Numbered from the stretch's first letter, positions 1 through 9,574 are shown. The stretch: 64,000 nucleotides of DNA from an uncultured Methanosarcinales archaeon (GCA_964344285.1 CAYFMM010000004.1:43347-107346), one strand, 5' to 3'. Made by a program: numbers and translations. Notes: generated by a model from the letters alone, not told the origin.

Positions 1-869
1 TTTTTGCACAAGCAATTATTACTGCTGTAACCGTTTTAATCCTCGTTGCATTAGCAATTCTTATTATTCTGCCCTTAGCATCACAAACTCAAACTCTTTA
101 TCAGACATCAGAGCATTATGCTTCTTCACTTTTTAACAACGGTTTAGAGTGTACAGATGCAACATTTTATTGTAATGCTGTAACAGATTTTAAGGAACTC
201 ACAAGTACTCCTGAATTTCAAGAAAAAAGTAGACAAACAGTTGAGAAAGCATCTCTTTTTCTCTTTCAAAGTATTTCCTCAGTTGCTTCAAGTGTCTTTT
301 CTTTTGTACTCTCTTTATTCATTTTAATTTACGCTCTTTTCTACTTCCTTGGGCATGGCCAAAAACTATCTAAAGATGCAATTAATTCCCTTCCTTTACC
401 TAAAAAACAACTTAAGGCAATTATTGCAAGGCTTAAAAGTACACTAGATGCAGTTGTACGCGGAAATATCAGTACTGCATTATTACAAGGCCTTTTAGGG
501 GGAATTATGTTTGCAATTTTGGGAATTCCTCTTTCCTTTTTCTGGGGAATGGTTATGGCAATCCTTGCATTCATCCCTGCCGTTGGAACTCCTATTGTGT
601 GGGTACCAGCAGTTGTAATTCTTGCAATTCAAGGAAGTTTTGTAAAAGCAATTACCCTCGCAATTTTCTCTTTAACCGTGCTCAATTACATTGACAATAT
701 TTTAAAACCAAAATTAATTGGGGACAAAATCAAGATGTCTTCTTTTATCATCTTCTTATCTGTAATTGGGGGTCTTCAAGCTTTTGGCATTTTAGGATTA
801 TTTTTTGGACCAGTTATCTTTGCACTACTCAATACTTTTTATCAAATGTATAGAAAACTCAACGCGTAA
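1..869 (+). CDS. AI-2E family transporter (UPF0118/PerM-like), 5' end outside window
   Basis: The frame is open from position 3 through the stop at 869. The multi-TM C-terminal region 'LLQGLLGGIMFAILGIPLSFFWG...IPAVGTPIVWVP...LNYIDNILKPKLIGDK' matches the AI-2E transporter signature. Confidence 0.7.
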   Translation, partial: FAQAIITAVTVLILVALAILIILPLASQTQTLYQTSEHYASSLFNNGLECTDATFYCNAVTDFKELTSTPEFQEKSRQTVEKASLFLFQSISSVASSVFSFVLSLFILIYALFYFLGHGQKLSKDAINSLPLPKKQLKAIIARLKSTLDAVVRGNISTALLQGLLGGIMFAILGIPLSFFWGMVMAILAFIPAVGTPIVWVPAVVILAIQGSFVKAITLAIFSLTVLNYIDNILKPKLIGDKIKMSSFIIFLSVIGGLQAFGILGLFFGPVIFALLNTFYQMYRKLNA

Positions 870-887
870 TTTTTTTAAAATAAATCG

Positions 888-1319
888 TCATGATTTTTTA
901 CGATATAATGCTTTATGGCCTCTAAAATCTGCTTTAGTTCCTCTTGTTTTAGTTCCAGTTAATCCTTTAAACTGTTCATAATTGGTTCCTGGTCCATTGA
1001 TCGAAAATTGACTTAGTTCATTACCATTGCCATGTAGCTGATAGTTGATATCACGTTTCACATCCACAACAGTTGCTCTTTTAATAGTCCCACCTTCAAA
1101 TATTACACGCATTCCATATCTTTGATCTACATTTACAAGCATTACATCACCTTCAAACAATTGATGATACTCAGCAGCAAGATCTAAAGATCGTACTTCT
1201 CCTTTTCTAAGTTGTGTGATTCTAGAATAAAGGTTTCTAAGGGTTTTGGCAGATTCAGTTACATCCCTTACGTTTAAGTCTCCAACATGCGCATCAATAA
1301 TGTTTGCTAAATTATCCAT
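888..1319 (-). CDS. hypothetical protein with basic C-terminal tail (possible nucleic-acid binding)
   Basis: 143-aa ORF in a coding-dense region with a K/R-rich C-terminus. No confident family assignment. Confidence 0.45.
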   Translation of the reverse strand: MDNLANIIDAHVGDLNVRDVTESAKTLRNLYSRITQLRKGEVRSLDLAAEYHQLFEGDVMLVNVDQRYGMRVIFEGGTIKRATVVDVKRDINYQLHGNGNELSQFSINGPGTNYEQFKGLTGTKTRGTKADFRGHKALYRKKS

Positions 1320-1370
1320 ACGATATTATTTTCCACTATTTTTATATATCTTCTGGCATATATTTCTATA

Positions 1371-2525
1371 ATGGTAAAACAGTCCTCTCAAATTCAAGAG
1401 TATTCAACAAGCATTAGCATCACACTTCCAAAAAAAGATGTGCATGCAAAAATGGATGTTTTTTACAACCCACTTATGCAATCTAATAGATCCATTTCCA
1501 TTCTCCTCCTTAACTCCATCGATAACAAAAACATGCAGCTTGCTTTACCTCTAGCAGGATCTGGCATTCGTGGACTTCGCTTCTTAAAAGAACTAAAGAG
1601 AAGTAAACTCAAATTTCTTTTCCTTAACGACAAAAAGCCTGAGTTTTACTCTTATTTCCAACAACAATTAAAACAAAATAAATTAGACACAACAACAAAT
1701 AAACAAAAGGTTCACCTTTCTACAGAAGATGCAAATATTTTCTTATTAAATCCTGACCCTAAAAATCAAATCAAAGACTTCATTGGCTACTTTGACTACA
1801 TCGACCTTGATCCATTCGGCTCACCAAATCCATTTTTAGCCTCAGCAGTGTCTAAAATTAGTAGAAACGGAATTATTGCAATTACTGCAACAGATACAGC
1901 AGCACTTACTGGAACATATGCAAATGTAACTAAGCGAAAATATTGGGCAACAACACACAAAAATTACCTTATGCATGAACTAGGTCTTCGCATCTTAATT
2001 CGCAAAGTACAACTTCAAGGAATCCAATTTGATAAAGCACTAACGCCAGTTTTATCGTACCACAAAGATCATTATTTTAGAATCTACTTTAGATCACAAA
2101 ATGGCAAACAAAAGTGTGATGCACTTCTCAAACAACATCAATACTTCCTATACTGTTCAAACTGTCTACACTTCAAAACCTCTATGTACAATAACGAAAC
2201 TTGCTCCTGCAAAAAACAATATCAATTCCATGGGCCAATGTGGACTGGAGATTTGGTGGATGCAAAAATCCTTCAAAAGATGATTTTACATTCTAAAAAA
2301 TCATATCCAAAAGAAACTAAATTCTTAGAACTACTTTATAACGAATCAAAAGTTAATCAAGTTGGGTTTTATGATATTCACACTCTTACAAAAAAACACA
2401 AAATCAAAGCTCCTAAAACAGAAAACATCTTAAAACAACTTAAGGCAGTCAAAACACACTTCTCTGTACAAGGAATTAAAACCAAAAAGAATTTGAAAGA
2501 TGTTGAAAAAGTAATTAAGGAATAA
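1371..2525 (+). CDS. trm1: tRNA (guanine(26)-N2)-dimethyltransferase Trm1
   Basis: Motifs 'YNPLMQSNRSISI', 'DPFGSPNPFLASAV' and 'GIIAITATDTAALTG' are present, plus the Cys cluster CSNC...CSCK. Length (384 aa) is typical of archaeal Trm1. Confidence 0.88.
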   Translation: MVKQSSQIQEYSTSISITLPKKDVHAKMDVFYNPLMQSNRSISILLLNSIDNKNMQLALPLAGSGIRGLRFLKELKRSKLKFLFLNDKKPEFYSYFQQQLKQNKLDTTTNKQKVHLSTEDANIFLLNPDPKNQIKDFIGYFDYIDLDPFGSPNPFLASAVSKISRNGIIAITATDTAALTGTYANVTKRKYWATTHKNYLMHELGLRILIRKVQLQGIQFDKALTPVLSYHKDHYFRIYFRSQNGKQKCDALLKQHQYFLYCSNCLHFKTSMYNNETCSCKKQYQFHGPMWTGDLVDAKILQKMILHSKKSYPKETKFLELLYNESKVNQVGFYDIHTLTKKHKIKAPKTENILKQLKAVKTHFSVQGIKTKKNLKDVEKVIKE

Positions 2526-2531
2526 AACCTT

Positions 2532-2981
2532 TTAACCTCTTTTTCTGTAAGACAACGTGCCTTTTTTGCCACCATGCCTGAACTCAACCTCTCCTCTTCT
2601 TTTGGCAACAAAATCAATCTCTGCTTTTTTCCCCTCATACATAAAAGAAACAGTCTTAGTGCCACCGTCCATCATAACATTTCCAACTTCAACCGGGGAT
2701 GCAGAACCTACGTTACTTACAACACCATCTTTCATTCTAAGTAATTCGTATTCTGGTTTATCTTTTACCCTTATCAAAGTAAAGTATTCGTCTCCTCGAT
2801 GCACAATATGCTCTAACAAATATCCTCTGTTGGTTAAGCCTGGGAAATAAGGGTCGTTTCCCTCGAATGCAACACCATATCTTGCTTGCAAATATTGGGA
2901 ATTAACTTCTGGGTCACAATTTGATTTTTGTAACGGCGCAAGTGCCAAAACAAGCCCTAATAAACTTTGTTTAATTGCCAT
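2532..2981 (-). CDS. secreted hypothetical protein (N-terminal signal peptide)
   Basis: N-terminus 'MAIKQSLLGLVLALAPLQ' looks like a signal peptide. No recognisable domain. Confidence 0.45.
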   Translation of the reverse strand: MAIKQSLLGLVLALAPLQKSNCDPEVNSQYLQARYGVAFEGNDPYFPGLTNRGYLLEHIVHRGDEYFTLIRVKDKPEYELLRMKDGVVSNVGSASPVEVGNVMMDGGTKTVSFMYEGKKAEIDFVAKRRGEVEFRHGGKKGTLSYRKRG

Positions 2982-3009
2982 AAAAAAATATAATTAAAAG
3001 AAAAAGATT

Positions 3010-3288
3010 CTAACCGAGTGCTAGATCCATTTTAGCAACTTCTGCTGATTGCACACCTTCTAAGTCTTGCATCTTTGCAGCGATTGCTTCAAAATCAGAT
3101 CCTTCAACTTCATACATTGCAAGAACTAAAACTGCCTTTAGACCAAATGCAATAGGTTCTTCTTTTACTTGCATATCTCCAATAGAACCAGCTTCTTTTG
3201 CAATAGCTTCGGCCTTTTCTTTAACTGCTCCAAGATCCACTTCAGGGGACTCGGGCATCAATTTAAATGTAATAATTGCTTTTGACAT
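3010..3288 (-). CDS. ef1b: translation elongation factor aEF-1 beta
   Basis: 92-aa protein 'MSKAIITFKLMPESPEVDLGAVKEKAE...VAKMDLAL' matches the archaeal EF-1beta guanine-nucleotide exchange domain. Confidence 0.85.
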   Translation of the reverse strand: MSKAIITFKLMPESPEVDLGAVKEKAEAIAKEAGSIGDMQVKEEPIAFGLKAVLVLAMYEVEGSDFEAIAAKMQDLEGVQSAEVAKMDLALG

Positions 3289-3377
3289 AAACTGTACCAG
3301 TCTATCATTCAGGTTGTGTCACGTGTGCTTGTGCAAGCTTAGTGTCACAGGAATGATTCCTGTTTACCTCCTATTTT

Positions 3378-3545
3378 TAATTTGGACCTGTAAAACCGCA
3401 TTCTGGGCACGTGTACTTAATTGCATTTGCTCTTGCATAAGAACTTCTTGTAATCTCATGACCACACTCTGGGCATGGGAATACTACTGCTCCAGGATCG
3501 TTATCAATCCGTTTTTTTGTTGAAATACAAACTTTAGCTTCCATT
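3378..3545 (-). CDS. small Zn-ribbon protein (COG2888-like), the usual archaeal neighbour of aEF-1beta
   Basis: Not in the ORF track (under 60 aa). My translation of the minus strand gives MEAKVCISTKKRIDNDPGAVVFPCPECGHEITRSSYARANAIKYTCPECGFTGPN* with two CPEC knuckles. The position directly upstream of ef1b matches the conserved archaeal gene pair. Confidence 0.6.
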
Positions 3546-3583
3546 CACACTTCAAAAAGCCCCTTATTTATAAAGATTTGTGC

Positions 3584-4288
3584 TCAAGCTCCGCCCAAAT
3601 ACACTTGTTTGATTTTCTTATCTTCTAAAATCTCTTTGCCACCGTGCAATACAACTCTTCCATTCTCAAGTAAATACGTCTGATTTGCAATTTCAATTGC
3701 CTTTTTTGCATTTTGCTCAACAACTAGAATTGAAATTCCATCCTTGCGTAACTCAACTAACATAGAAAACAACTCTTTTTGTAACTTAGGGCTGAGTCCT
3801 AAAGAAGGCTCATCCATTAACAATAACTTTGGATTTTGCATTAAAGCCCTTCCTAGTGCTAACATCTGCTGCTGCCCACCACTTAAAGAAAATGCTAACT
3901 CTTTTTTCTTCATTCTCAGTGCAGGAAAACGTTGATACACTTTTTTTAAATTTTCTTCTAGCTCTTCTTTATCCTTGATTTCTCTGCCTCCTAATAATAA
4001 ATTCTCCTCGATCGTAAGCTCACTAAAATTAATCTTTCCTTGTGGCACAAAACTAATTCCAATCTGCAGCAGCTCATGTGTCTTTAATCCATTAATCTCT
4101 TTACCTTCAAAAGACATTCTTCCTTGGCGTACATCTGCTATTGCAAATACTGACTTAAGCACGGTACTCTTTCCGGCTCCATTTGGGCCAATGAGTGCTA
4201 CTATTTCTCCTGGCTTTACATGAATATCTACTTCATGTAAAATCTGCAATTCTCCATATCCTGCATCTAATCCTGCTATTGTTAACAT
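3584..4288 (-). CDS. livF: branched-chain amino acid ABC transporter ATP-binding protein LivF
   Basis: Walker A 'GPNGAGKST', signature 'LSGGQQQM' and Walker B 'LLLMDEP' are present. The likely start is the internal Met (MLTIAGLDAGYG) rather than the ORF-track start at 4369. Confidence 0.85.
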   Translation of the reverse strand: MLTIAGLDAGYGELQILHEVDIHVKPGEIVALIGPNGAGKSTVLKSVFAIADVRQGRMSFEGKEINGLKTHELLQIGISFVPQGKINFSELTIEENLLLGGREIKDKEELEENLKKVYQRFPALRMKKKELAFSLSGGQQQMLALGRALMQNPKLLLMDEPSLGLSPKLQKELFSMLVELRKDGISILVVEQNAKKAIEIANQTYLLENGRVVLHGGKEILEDKKIKQVYLGGA

Positions 4289-4309
4289 ATTACAACCTCT
4301 GCAATGGTG

Positions 4310-4460
4310 GTGAGCAACGCCCTGACGGTTCAAAAAGAAACAACGATTTCTTTTGAACGCCAGAATCAACTTGTTGGTTCTGATGCGAGTCGAGGGACAC
4401 GGTGCAGTAATTAAAAAACAAATTCAATACGCGCCGTAATAGGTCCCGTGCCTTGCTCAC
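4310..4460 (+). ncRNA. candidate structured RNA element, copy A of a two-copy family
   Basis: GC-rich 151-nt island in an AT-rich genome, closed by the 8-bp helix GUGAGCAA/UUGCUCAC. It holds an internal hairpin with loop ACAACGAU, a 12-bp composite helix GGGAC-ACGGUGC/GCGCCGU-GUCCC, and motifs CGCCCUGACG, GCGAGUCGAGG, CAGUAAUU and CCGUGCC shared with 26666-26881. G-U pairs favour the + strand. Confidence 0.4.
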
Positions 4461-4477
4461 TCTCATCAAAATAATTT

Positions 4478-5599
4478 TCATTTTTCTATTTCTACTAATG
4501 TCTTATCTTTGATTTGTACCATTCTAATCGGAATACTTGGCTTTCTAGATTCTCCTACATCAACCTTTCCTGCTAATCCTTCATAACTTTGTAATGCTTG
4601 AATACTTGCTGGAAACTCTTTAACACTATTTCCTCCTGTAACATATGCCTCACCAATTAAATGCACAACATCATACCCCATACCTGCTTCGGCATTACCG
4701 TCTACTGCACTAAAAAGATCATCAAACCTCTTATTTTCTACAGTTCTAGGTATCATATATTCTTGGGCAGCAATATACACACCATCTAATTCTGCAATTA
4801 TTTTATGTTGATTTGTTGCAACAGGGGTATCAGTAAACACAACCATTCCTTCATACTGTTCATTAATCTGTCCAATAATTCTGTCTGGACGTAAATCAAA
4901 AACATATATTGCTTCTGGCTTTTTTTCTACTAATTTCAAAATTTGTGTTCGTGCATCAATTGCAGCACCATCAAAATATTCTAATCCCACGACTTCAATT
5001 CCCTCTTTTACAAAAGCAGGCTCTACAATATCCATAAGTGCATGACCAGCTTCAATGTCTAATGCAAGTAATCCCACACTTCCTACTTCTTGGTTCACGA
5101 AAAAATCAATTGCAATTTTGGCTAAATCTTCTGTTGTCTGAAAATACTGAAACACATTTTCATAATTTTGAAAGTCTGCATACGTAAGTGATGTAACAAC
5201 TGGAATACCTTTTTCTTTTGCTAACGGAATAATTGCTGCAGACGCACCAGACATTGTGGTAAAAATAACATCGGGATTTTGACTCATTATTGCATGAAAC
5301 GCATTTACTGCTTCTTTAGGATTGTTCTTGTTATCCTCTACAATCAACGTAACTTCAATTCCTTGCTCATGTAACTCTTTTGCTGCCTCTTTTGCTCCAA
5401 TCACAACATGAGTGCCATGCACAGCTGCTCCCCCAGAAAGTGTTGCAAGAACACCAATGCGTAATTCTTGTTCCTGCCCTTCCTGACGTACGTCATTTTG
5501 TTGGTTTGTGCACCCTACAATAATTAGGGCCATAACAACCATTAAACTTAATATCTGTAATCTTTTTATTCTCATTTTTTCATTCTCCCAAATATGCAT
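4478..5599 (-). CDS. branched-chain amino acid ABC transporter substrate-binding lipoprotein (second copy)
   Basis: Signal peptide plus lipobox 'LIIVGCTNQ' followed by a periplasmic-binding-protein type I fold (Leu/Ile/Val-binding family). The start is probably the second Met (MRIKRLQ...). Confidence 0.75.
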   Translation of the reverse strand: MHIWENEKMRIKRLQILSLMVVMALIIVGCTNQQNDVRQEGQEQELRIGVLATLSGGAAVHGTHVVIGAKEAAKELHEQGIEVTLIVEDNKNNPKEAVNAFHAIMSQNPDVIFTTMSGASAAIIPLAKEKGIPVVTSLTYADFQNYENVFQYFQTTEDLAKIAIDFFVNQEVGSVGLLALDIEAGHALMDIVEPAFVKEGIEVVGLEYFDGAAIDARTQILKLVEKKPEAIYVFDLRPDRIIGQINEQYEGMVVFTDTPVATNQHKIIAELDGVYIAAQEYMIPRTVENKRFDDLFSAVDGNAEAGMGYDVVHLIGEAYVTGGNSVKEFPASIQALQSYEGLAGKVDVGESRKPSIPIRMVQIKDKTLVEIEK

Positions 5600-6353
5600 C
5601 TAATACTTTTTTATTTCTCTGTACTTGTTTTGCTCTACCTTCTGCAATAACTTTACCATTATCCATTACGTACACATACTCTGCTAAATCCATTACAAAG
5701 TTCATGTCGTGCTCAATGACTAAAACTGTCTCTCCTTGTGCATGCAAGTTCTTAATGATTTTTTTAATCTCTTTACGCAATGCTGGATTGACTCCTGCAA
5801 CTGGTTCATCAAGCATCAATAAATGATGTGGTTTTGCAATAGCAATTGCCAAATCTAGTAATTTTCGTTGACCATAACTTAGATCTGTTGCATATGTTTC
5901 CATGGGTTTATTTAAACCTACAATCTCTAATACTTCTTTCATCTTTGCTTCATTCTCTTCTTCTGGCTTAAACAAATTATACAACACTCCTTCATCTCGT
6001 TGATTCATGGCAATTGCTAAATGCTCCCGAATCGTTAAATTATGAAATAATCGAACCTCTTGAAATGTCCTTGAAATTCCTTCCTTTGCAACAATATGTG
6101 CTGCTTGCTTTGATACAATAGAATTGCCAAAAATAATCTCTCCTTTATCTTCGGGAATGATTCTTGAAATAATATTAAAAATAGTGGATTTCCCAGATCC
6201 ATTTGGCCCAATCAATGCTGTGATCTTGCCCTTCTTAATACTAAAACTTGTGCCTTGCAATGCTTTTACACCACCAAACGATTTACTGATGTTCTTCACA
6301 TCTAACAATATCTGTCTTGATTCTTCAACCACTTTTCTCTCTTTAGAACTCAT
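5580..6353 (-). CDS. livG: branched-chain amino acid ABC transporter ATP-binding protein LivG
   Basis: Walker A 'GPNGSGKST', 'LSYGQRKLL' and 'LLMLDEPVAG' are present, together with the LivG-typical C-terminal extension. Confidence 0.85.
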   Translation of the reverse strand: MSSKERKVVEESRQILLDVKNISKSFGGVKALQGTSFSIKKGKITALIGPNGSGKSTIFNIISRIIPEDKGEIIFGNSIVSKQAAHIVAKEGISRTFQEVRLFHNLTIREHLAIAMNQRDEGVLYNLFKPEEENEAKMKEVLEIVGLNKPMETYATDLSYGQRKLLDLAIAIAKPHHLLMLDEPVAGVNPALRKEIKKIIKNLHAQGETVLVIEHDMNFVMDLAEYVYVMDNGKVIAEGRAKQVQRNKKVLDAYLGE

Positions 6354-7222
6354 TGTAAATCAATCCTCCCAAATAATCCTCGTGGTCTAAACAGTAAAAT
6401 CCCTAGCAAAATTAATGCATATAGCACCTGTCTTGCAGGTCCAACAATTGAACTTGGCAAAGCCACAAACCGCAATAGTTCTGGAATAATAATAATTACA
6501 AATGTTGCAACAATACTCCCTTTCAAACTTGCAAGTCCCCCGACAATTACAATGGTCAAAATCAGAATAATTTCTGTAAGGGAAAATGAACTTGGATCAA
6601 TGTAACTAATATAATGTGCAAACAAACTTCCTGCAATCCCTGCAAAAAATGCAGATATCATCATTGCTTTCCATTTAATTTTAAATGTATTTTTTCCCAA
6701 TACACGCAAACCAACTTCATCATCTCGTGTAGCTTGCAGTAACCTTCCAAAAGGTGAGCGTACAATTTTATTTAACACAAATAGGGAAATCACACCAATT
6801 ACAATCACAAATAGTAAATATGCAAAATTGCTGCTAATTTGTAACCCCAAAAAACTAGGCTTACTAATCCCTGGAATCCCCAGTGGCCCTCTAGTAAGGG
6901 AAGTCCAATTTAATAAAACAGAATAAATCACAAAATTAAACCCTAATGTTGCAAGAGCCAAATAATCTCCTTTTAATCTTCCCGTTGCATACACCAAAAC
7001 ATATCCAAATATACTAGCAAGTAATCCAGCACACAAAAGCGCAACAATATATGGAACTCCCGCTCCCACAAGTAGCGCAGATGTATACGCCCCAATTCCA
7101 AAAAATGCAACATGACCTAAATTTAACAGTCCAGTATACCCAATTGCTACATTTAAGCTACTTGCTAAAATTACATAAATTCCCACTAGGATCAACAGAT
7201 GAATTAGATACGCTGAAATCAT
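6350..7222 (-). CDS. livM: branched-chain amino acid ABC transporter permease LivM
   Basis: Polytopic membrane protein of the LivM/BPD-transporter permease family. It overlaps its neighbours by 4 nt, as in an operon. Confidence 0.85.
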   Translation of the reverse strand: MISAYLIHLLILVGIYVILASSLNVAIGYTGLLNLGHVAFFGIGAYTSALLVGAGVPYIVALLCAGLLASIFGYVLVYATGRLKGDYLALATLGFNFVIYSVLLNWTSLTRGPLGIPGISKPSFLGLQISSNFAYLLFVIVIGVISLFVLNKIVRSPFGRLLQATRDDEVGLRVLGKNTFKIKWKAMMISAFFAGIAGSLFAHYISYIDPSSFSLTEIILILTIVIVGGLASLKGSIVATFVIIIIPELLRFVALPSSIVGPARQVLYALILLGILLFRPRGLFGRIDLQ

Positions 7223-8106
7223 TATGTGTTTTTCACCCCTTTGTTAATCCCAAAAATACCCGTTGGTTTAAACAGTAAAAATAAGAACAATAACACAAAC
7301 GCAATTGCATCTTTATAACCAGAAGGCAAATACCACACGCCAAAATTTTCTACTAAGCCCAGTAAGTAACTTCCAACTACTGCAGCTGGTACAGATGTAA
7401 TTCCTCCAATTACAGAACCTGTAAAACCCTTAATCATCAAATTCGTTCCCATGGTTGGTTCAAGATTTTGTTCTAATCCAATTAATATCCCTGCAATACC
7501 AGCCAAAAAAGAACCAATGGCAAAAGAATAATAGGCAATCCTTTTACTATTAATTCCCATGATGTCTGCAAGATTTTTATTATCTGCAACAGCACGCATT
7601 TCTCTTCCTAATTTCGTTTTTTTCATAAACAAATAAAGTCCTATCAATAACATAATTGACACACAAAAAATAACAATCTGTAAAGGTGTTACAACTGCTC
7701 CTAAGATATCGATCCCACGAGAAACTTCAATCAATCCAATTGTTTTAACATCAGCACCAAAAAACATTTGCAAGATGTTCTCAACTAAAATGAGTAGCCC
7801 AATACTTGCAATTAACAAAATAATATTCGATGCTTTTTTTGCTAATAAAGGAATGTAAATAAGGCGATACATTAACACGCCTAGCAAAGAAGAACTAACC
7901 AACGTCAAGACACATGACAACCAAAATGGCAATCCAGAAATGGCAAAAAATGTAAACAACAAATATGCGCCTGATGCAACAGCTGCCCCATGTGCAAAGT
8001 GCATAAACTTATTTGTAGAATAAATTAATGAAAACCCACAAGCCACTAATGCATAAATAGAACCTGCAATCAATCCATTAAACAATAGTTGCACAAATAA
8101 AGACAT
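7222..8106 (-). CDS. livH: branched-chain amino acid ABC transporter permease LivH
   Basis: Polytopic permease of the LivH family, 294 aa, at the operon position. Confidence 0.85.
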   Translation of the reverse strand: MSLFVQLLFNGLIAGSIYALVACGFSLIYSTNKFMHFAHGAAVASGAYLLFTFFAISGLPFWLSCVLTLVSSSLLGVLMYRLIYIPLLAKKASNIILLIASIGLLILVENILQMFFGADVKTIGLIEVSRGIDILGAVVTPLQIVIFCVSIMLLIGLYLFMKKTKLGREMRAVADNKNLADIMGINSKRIAYYSFAIGSFLAGIAGILIGLEQNLEPTMGTNLMIKGFTGSVIGGITSVPAAVVGSYLLGLVENFGVWYLPSGYKDAIAFVLLFLFLLFKPTGIFGINKGVKNT

Positions 8107-8240
8107 ATATTCTAAAATAATTACACCTTTTTAAGCTTATTCCTACTTAAAGAAATGAATCAAAATATGCTCTAAATAAATTTTCAAAAATATAGGCAAA
8201 GAAATAAAAAGAAAAAAATAATGACTAAAAAACAAATAGT

Positions 8241-9353
8241 CTAATTCTCTTGTATAACAAATTCTCCATTCTCAACTACAAACACTTCGTAGTTTCCAGA
8301 TGTCAAATCTCCACTTGCATCAAAGCCAATTGTTCCAGTTACACCTTCAAACTCAATCTGCTGCAACATCGCTTTAATTTCTTCACCGCTAGATGCACCT
8401 TGATTTATTGCAAGTGCAATTGCTTTAAATGCATCATAGCCTTGTCCTGCAAATGGTCCTGGCTCTTCGTTATATTTTTGTACATGTTTTTCATTAAATT
8501 CAATACTTCCAGAACTTACTGAAGTAAGAATCAACTTTTCGGCTGCTTCTCCTGCTCCCTCAATAATCTCCTTACTCTTTAATCCTTCAGAACCAATGAT
8601 TGTTGCATCAATTCCTAATTCTTCAATCTGTTTTAGCACAGCTACTGCTGAATCAACAGAGTTAGCAATCACATAAACTACATCAGGTTCTGCACTTTTA
8701 ATCTTGGTTAATTGGGTTCGTACATCAACACTCCCTCGCTCAAATGCTTCACTTGCAACAACTTCTCCTCCTTGAGGTGGAAATTCTTCTTCTAACACAT
8801 TATTAAACCCTAATCCATAATCGTCATTAGTATAAAGAATAGCCATCTTATTATAACCCATCTCTGCTGCTAACTCAGCACCAAATGCTCCTTGTAATGC
8901 GTCACTAGGAACTGTTCTAAAAACCCACTCTTCATTACTAATTTGTGGACTTGTTGCAGATGCACTAATCATTACTACACCGTTTTGCTCTGCAATAGGT
9001 GCTGCTGCTAATGTTGCACCTGAGCATACTTCTCCAATCACAACATCTACTTGATCAATTGTAGCAAGTTTATTAATTGCAGTAACTGCTTCTTTTGCAT
9101 CACACTTAGTATCCTCAGCAATCACTTTAATAGAATCAATTCCTGAATCATCAATTGATAATTCTACTCCTTTTTTGATACCTTGCCCATACGTTGCAAC
9201 GTCTCCTGTTAATGGACCCATAAACCCGATTACAAGTTCTTTAGTTTCCATCGTATTTTCTGTTTTTGCCATTGAATCTTGTTGTGGGGTACAAGACACA
9301 ACTAACACTGCTGTTATAAAAACTAACATCAATCCTAAAAATATTTTTTTCAT
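8241..9353 (-). CDS. livK: branched-chain amino acid ABC transporter substrate-binding lipoprotein LivK-like
   Basis: Probable start MKKIFLGLMLVFITAVLVVSC (lipobox VVSC) followed by a type I periplasmic binding fold. First gene of the minus-strand liv operon. The ORF-track start at 9404 is probably an over-extension. Confidence 0.8.
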   Translation of the reverse strand: MKKIFLGLMLVFITAVLVVSCTPQQDSMAKTENTMETKELVIGFMGPLTGDVATYGQGIKKGVELSIDDSGIDSIKVIAEDTKCDAKEAVTAINKLATIDQVDVVIGEVCSGATLAAAPIAEQNGVVMISASATSPQISNEEWVFRTVPSDALQGAFGAELAAEMGYNKMAILYTNDDYGLGFNNVLEEEFPPQGGEVVASEAFERGSVDVRTQLTKIKSAEPDVVYVIANSVDSAVAVLKQIEELGIDATIIGSEGLKSKEIIEGAGEAAEKLILTSVSSGSIEFNEKHVQKYNEEPGPFAGQGYDAFKAIALAINQGASSGEEIKAMLQQIEFEGVTGTIGFDASGDLTSGNYEVFVVENGEFVIQEN

Positions 9354-9574
9354 AATAAAACACCTCGTATTGTGTATTAAGAGAACTTTGCATAATTCAA
9401 TCATTTTACTTGCAAAGTCCTAAAGAGACTTTGAAATAGTCGTAATTTTGCTTTTGAAAAGATTCTGGTCTTGTCAAATTACTCTTTTTCAAAGTTCTCT
9501 TAACAAAAATAGAAATTCTCTTTTTATAAATTCATCGTAACTAAAAAATGCTTTAGGGACTTTTATCCTCATCT

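Noticed and set aside
2101-2665. ORFs 2101-2283 (+) and 2378-2665 (-)
   Set aside because: They are nested in or overlap the trm1 coding region and the following gene, with no independent support.
3314-3523. 69-aa + strand ORF (MCHVCLCKLSV...)
   Set aside because: It is Cys-rich only because it is antisense to a genuine minus-strand Zn-ribbon gene (3378-3545), which has a conserved archaeal neighbour (ef1b).
3744-9423. Numerous 60-100-aa ORFs antisense to or nested in the liv transporter genes (e.g. 3744-3935, 3975-4223, 6124-6390, 7051-7278, 8250-8522, 9175-9423)
   Set aside because: Each is fully contained within a well-supported ABC transporter gene on the other strand. Compositions are low-complexity and no start context is evident.
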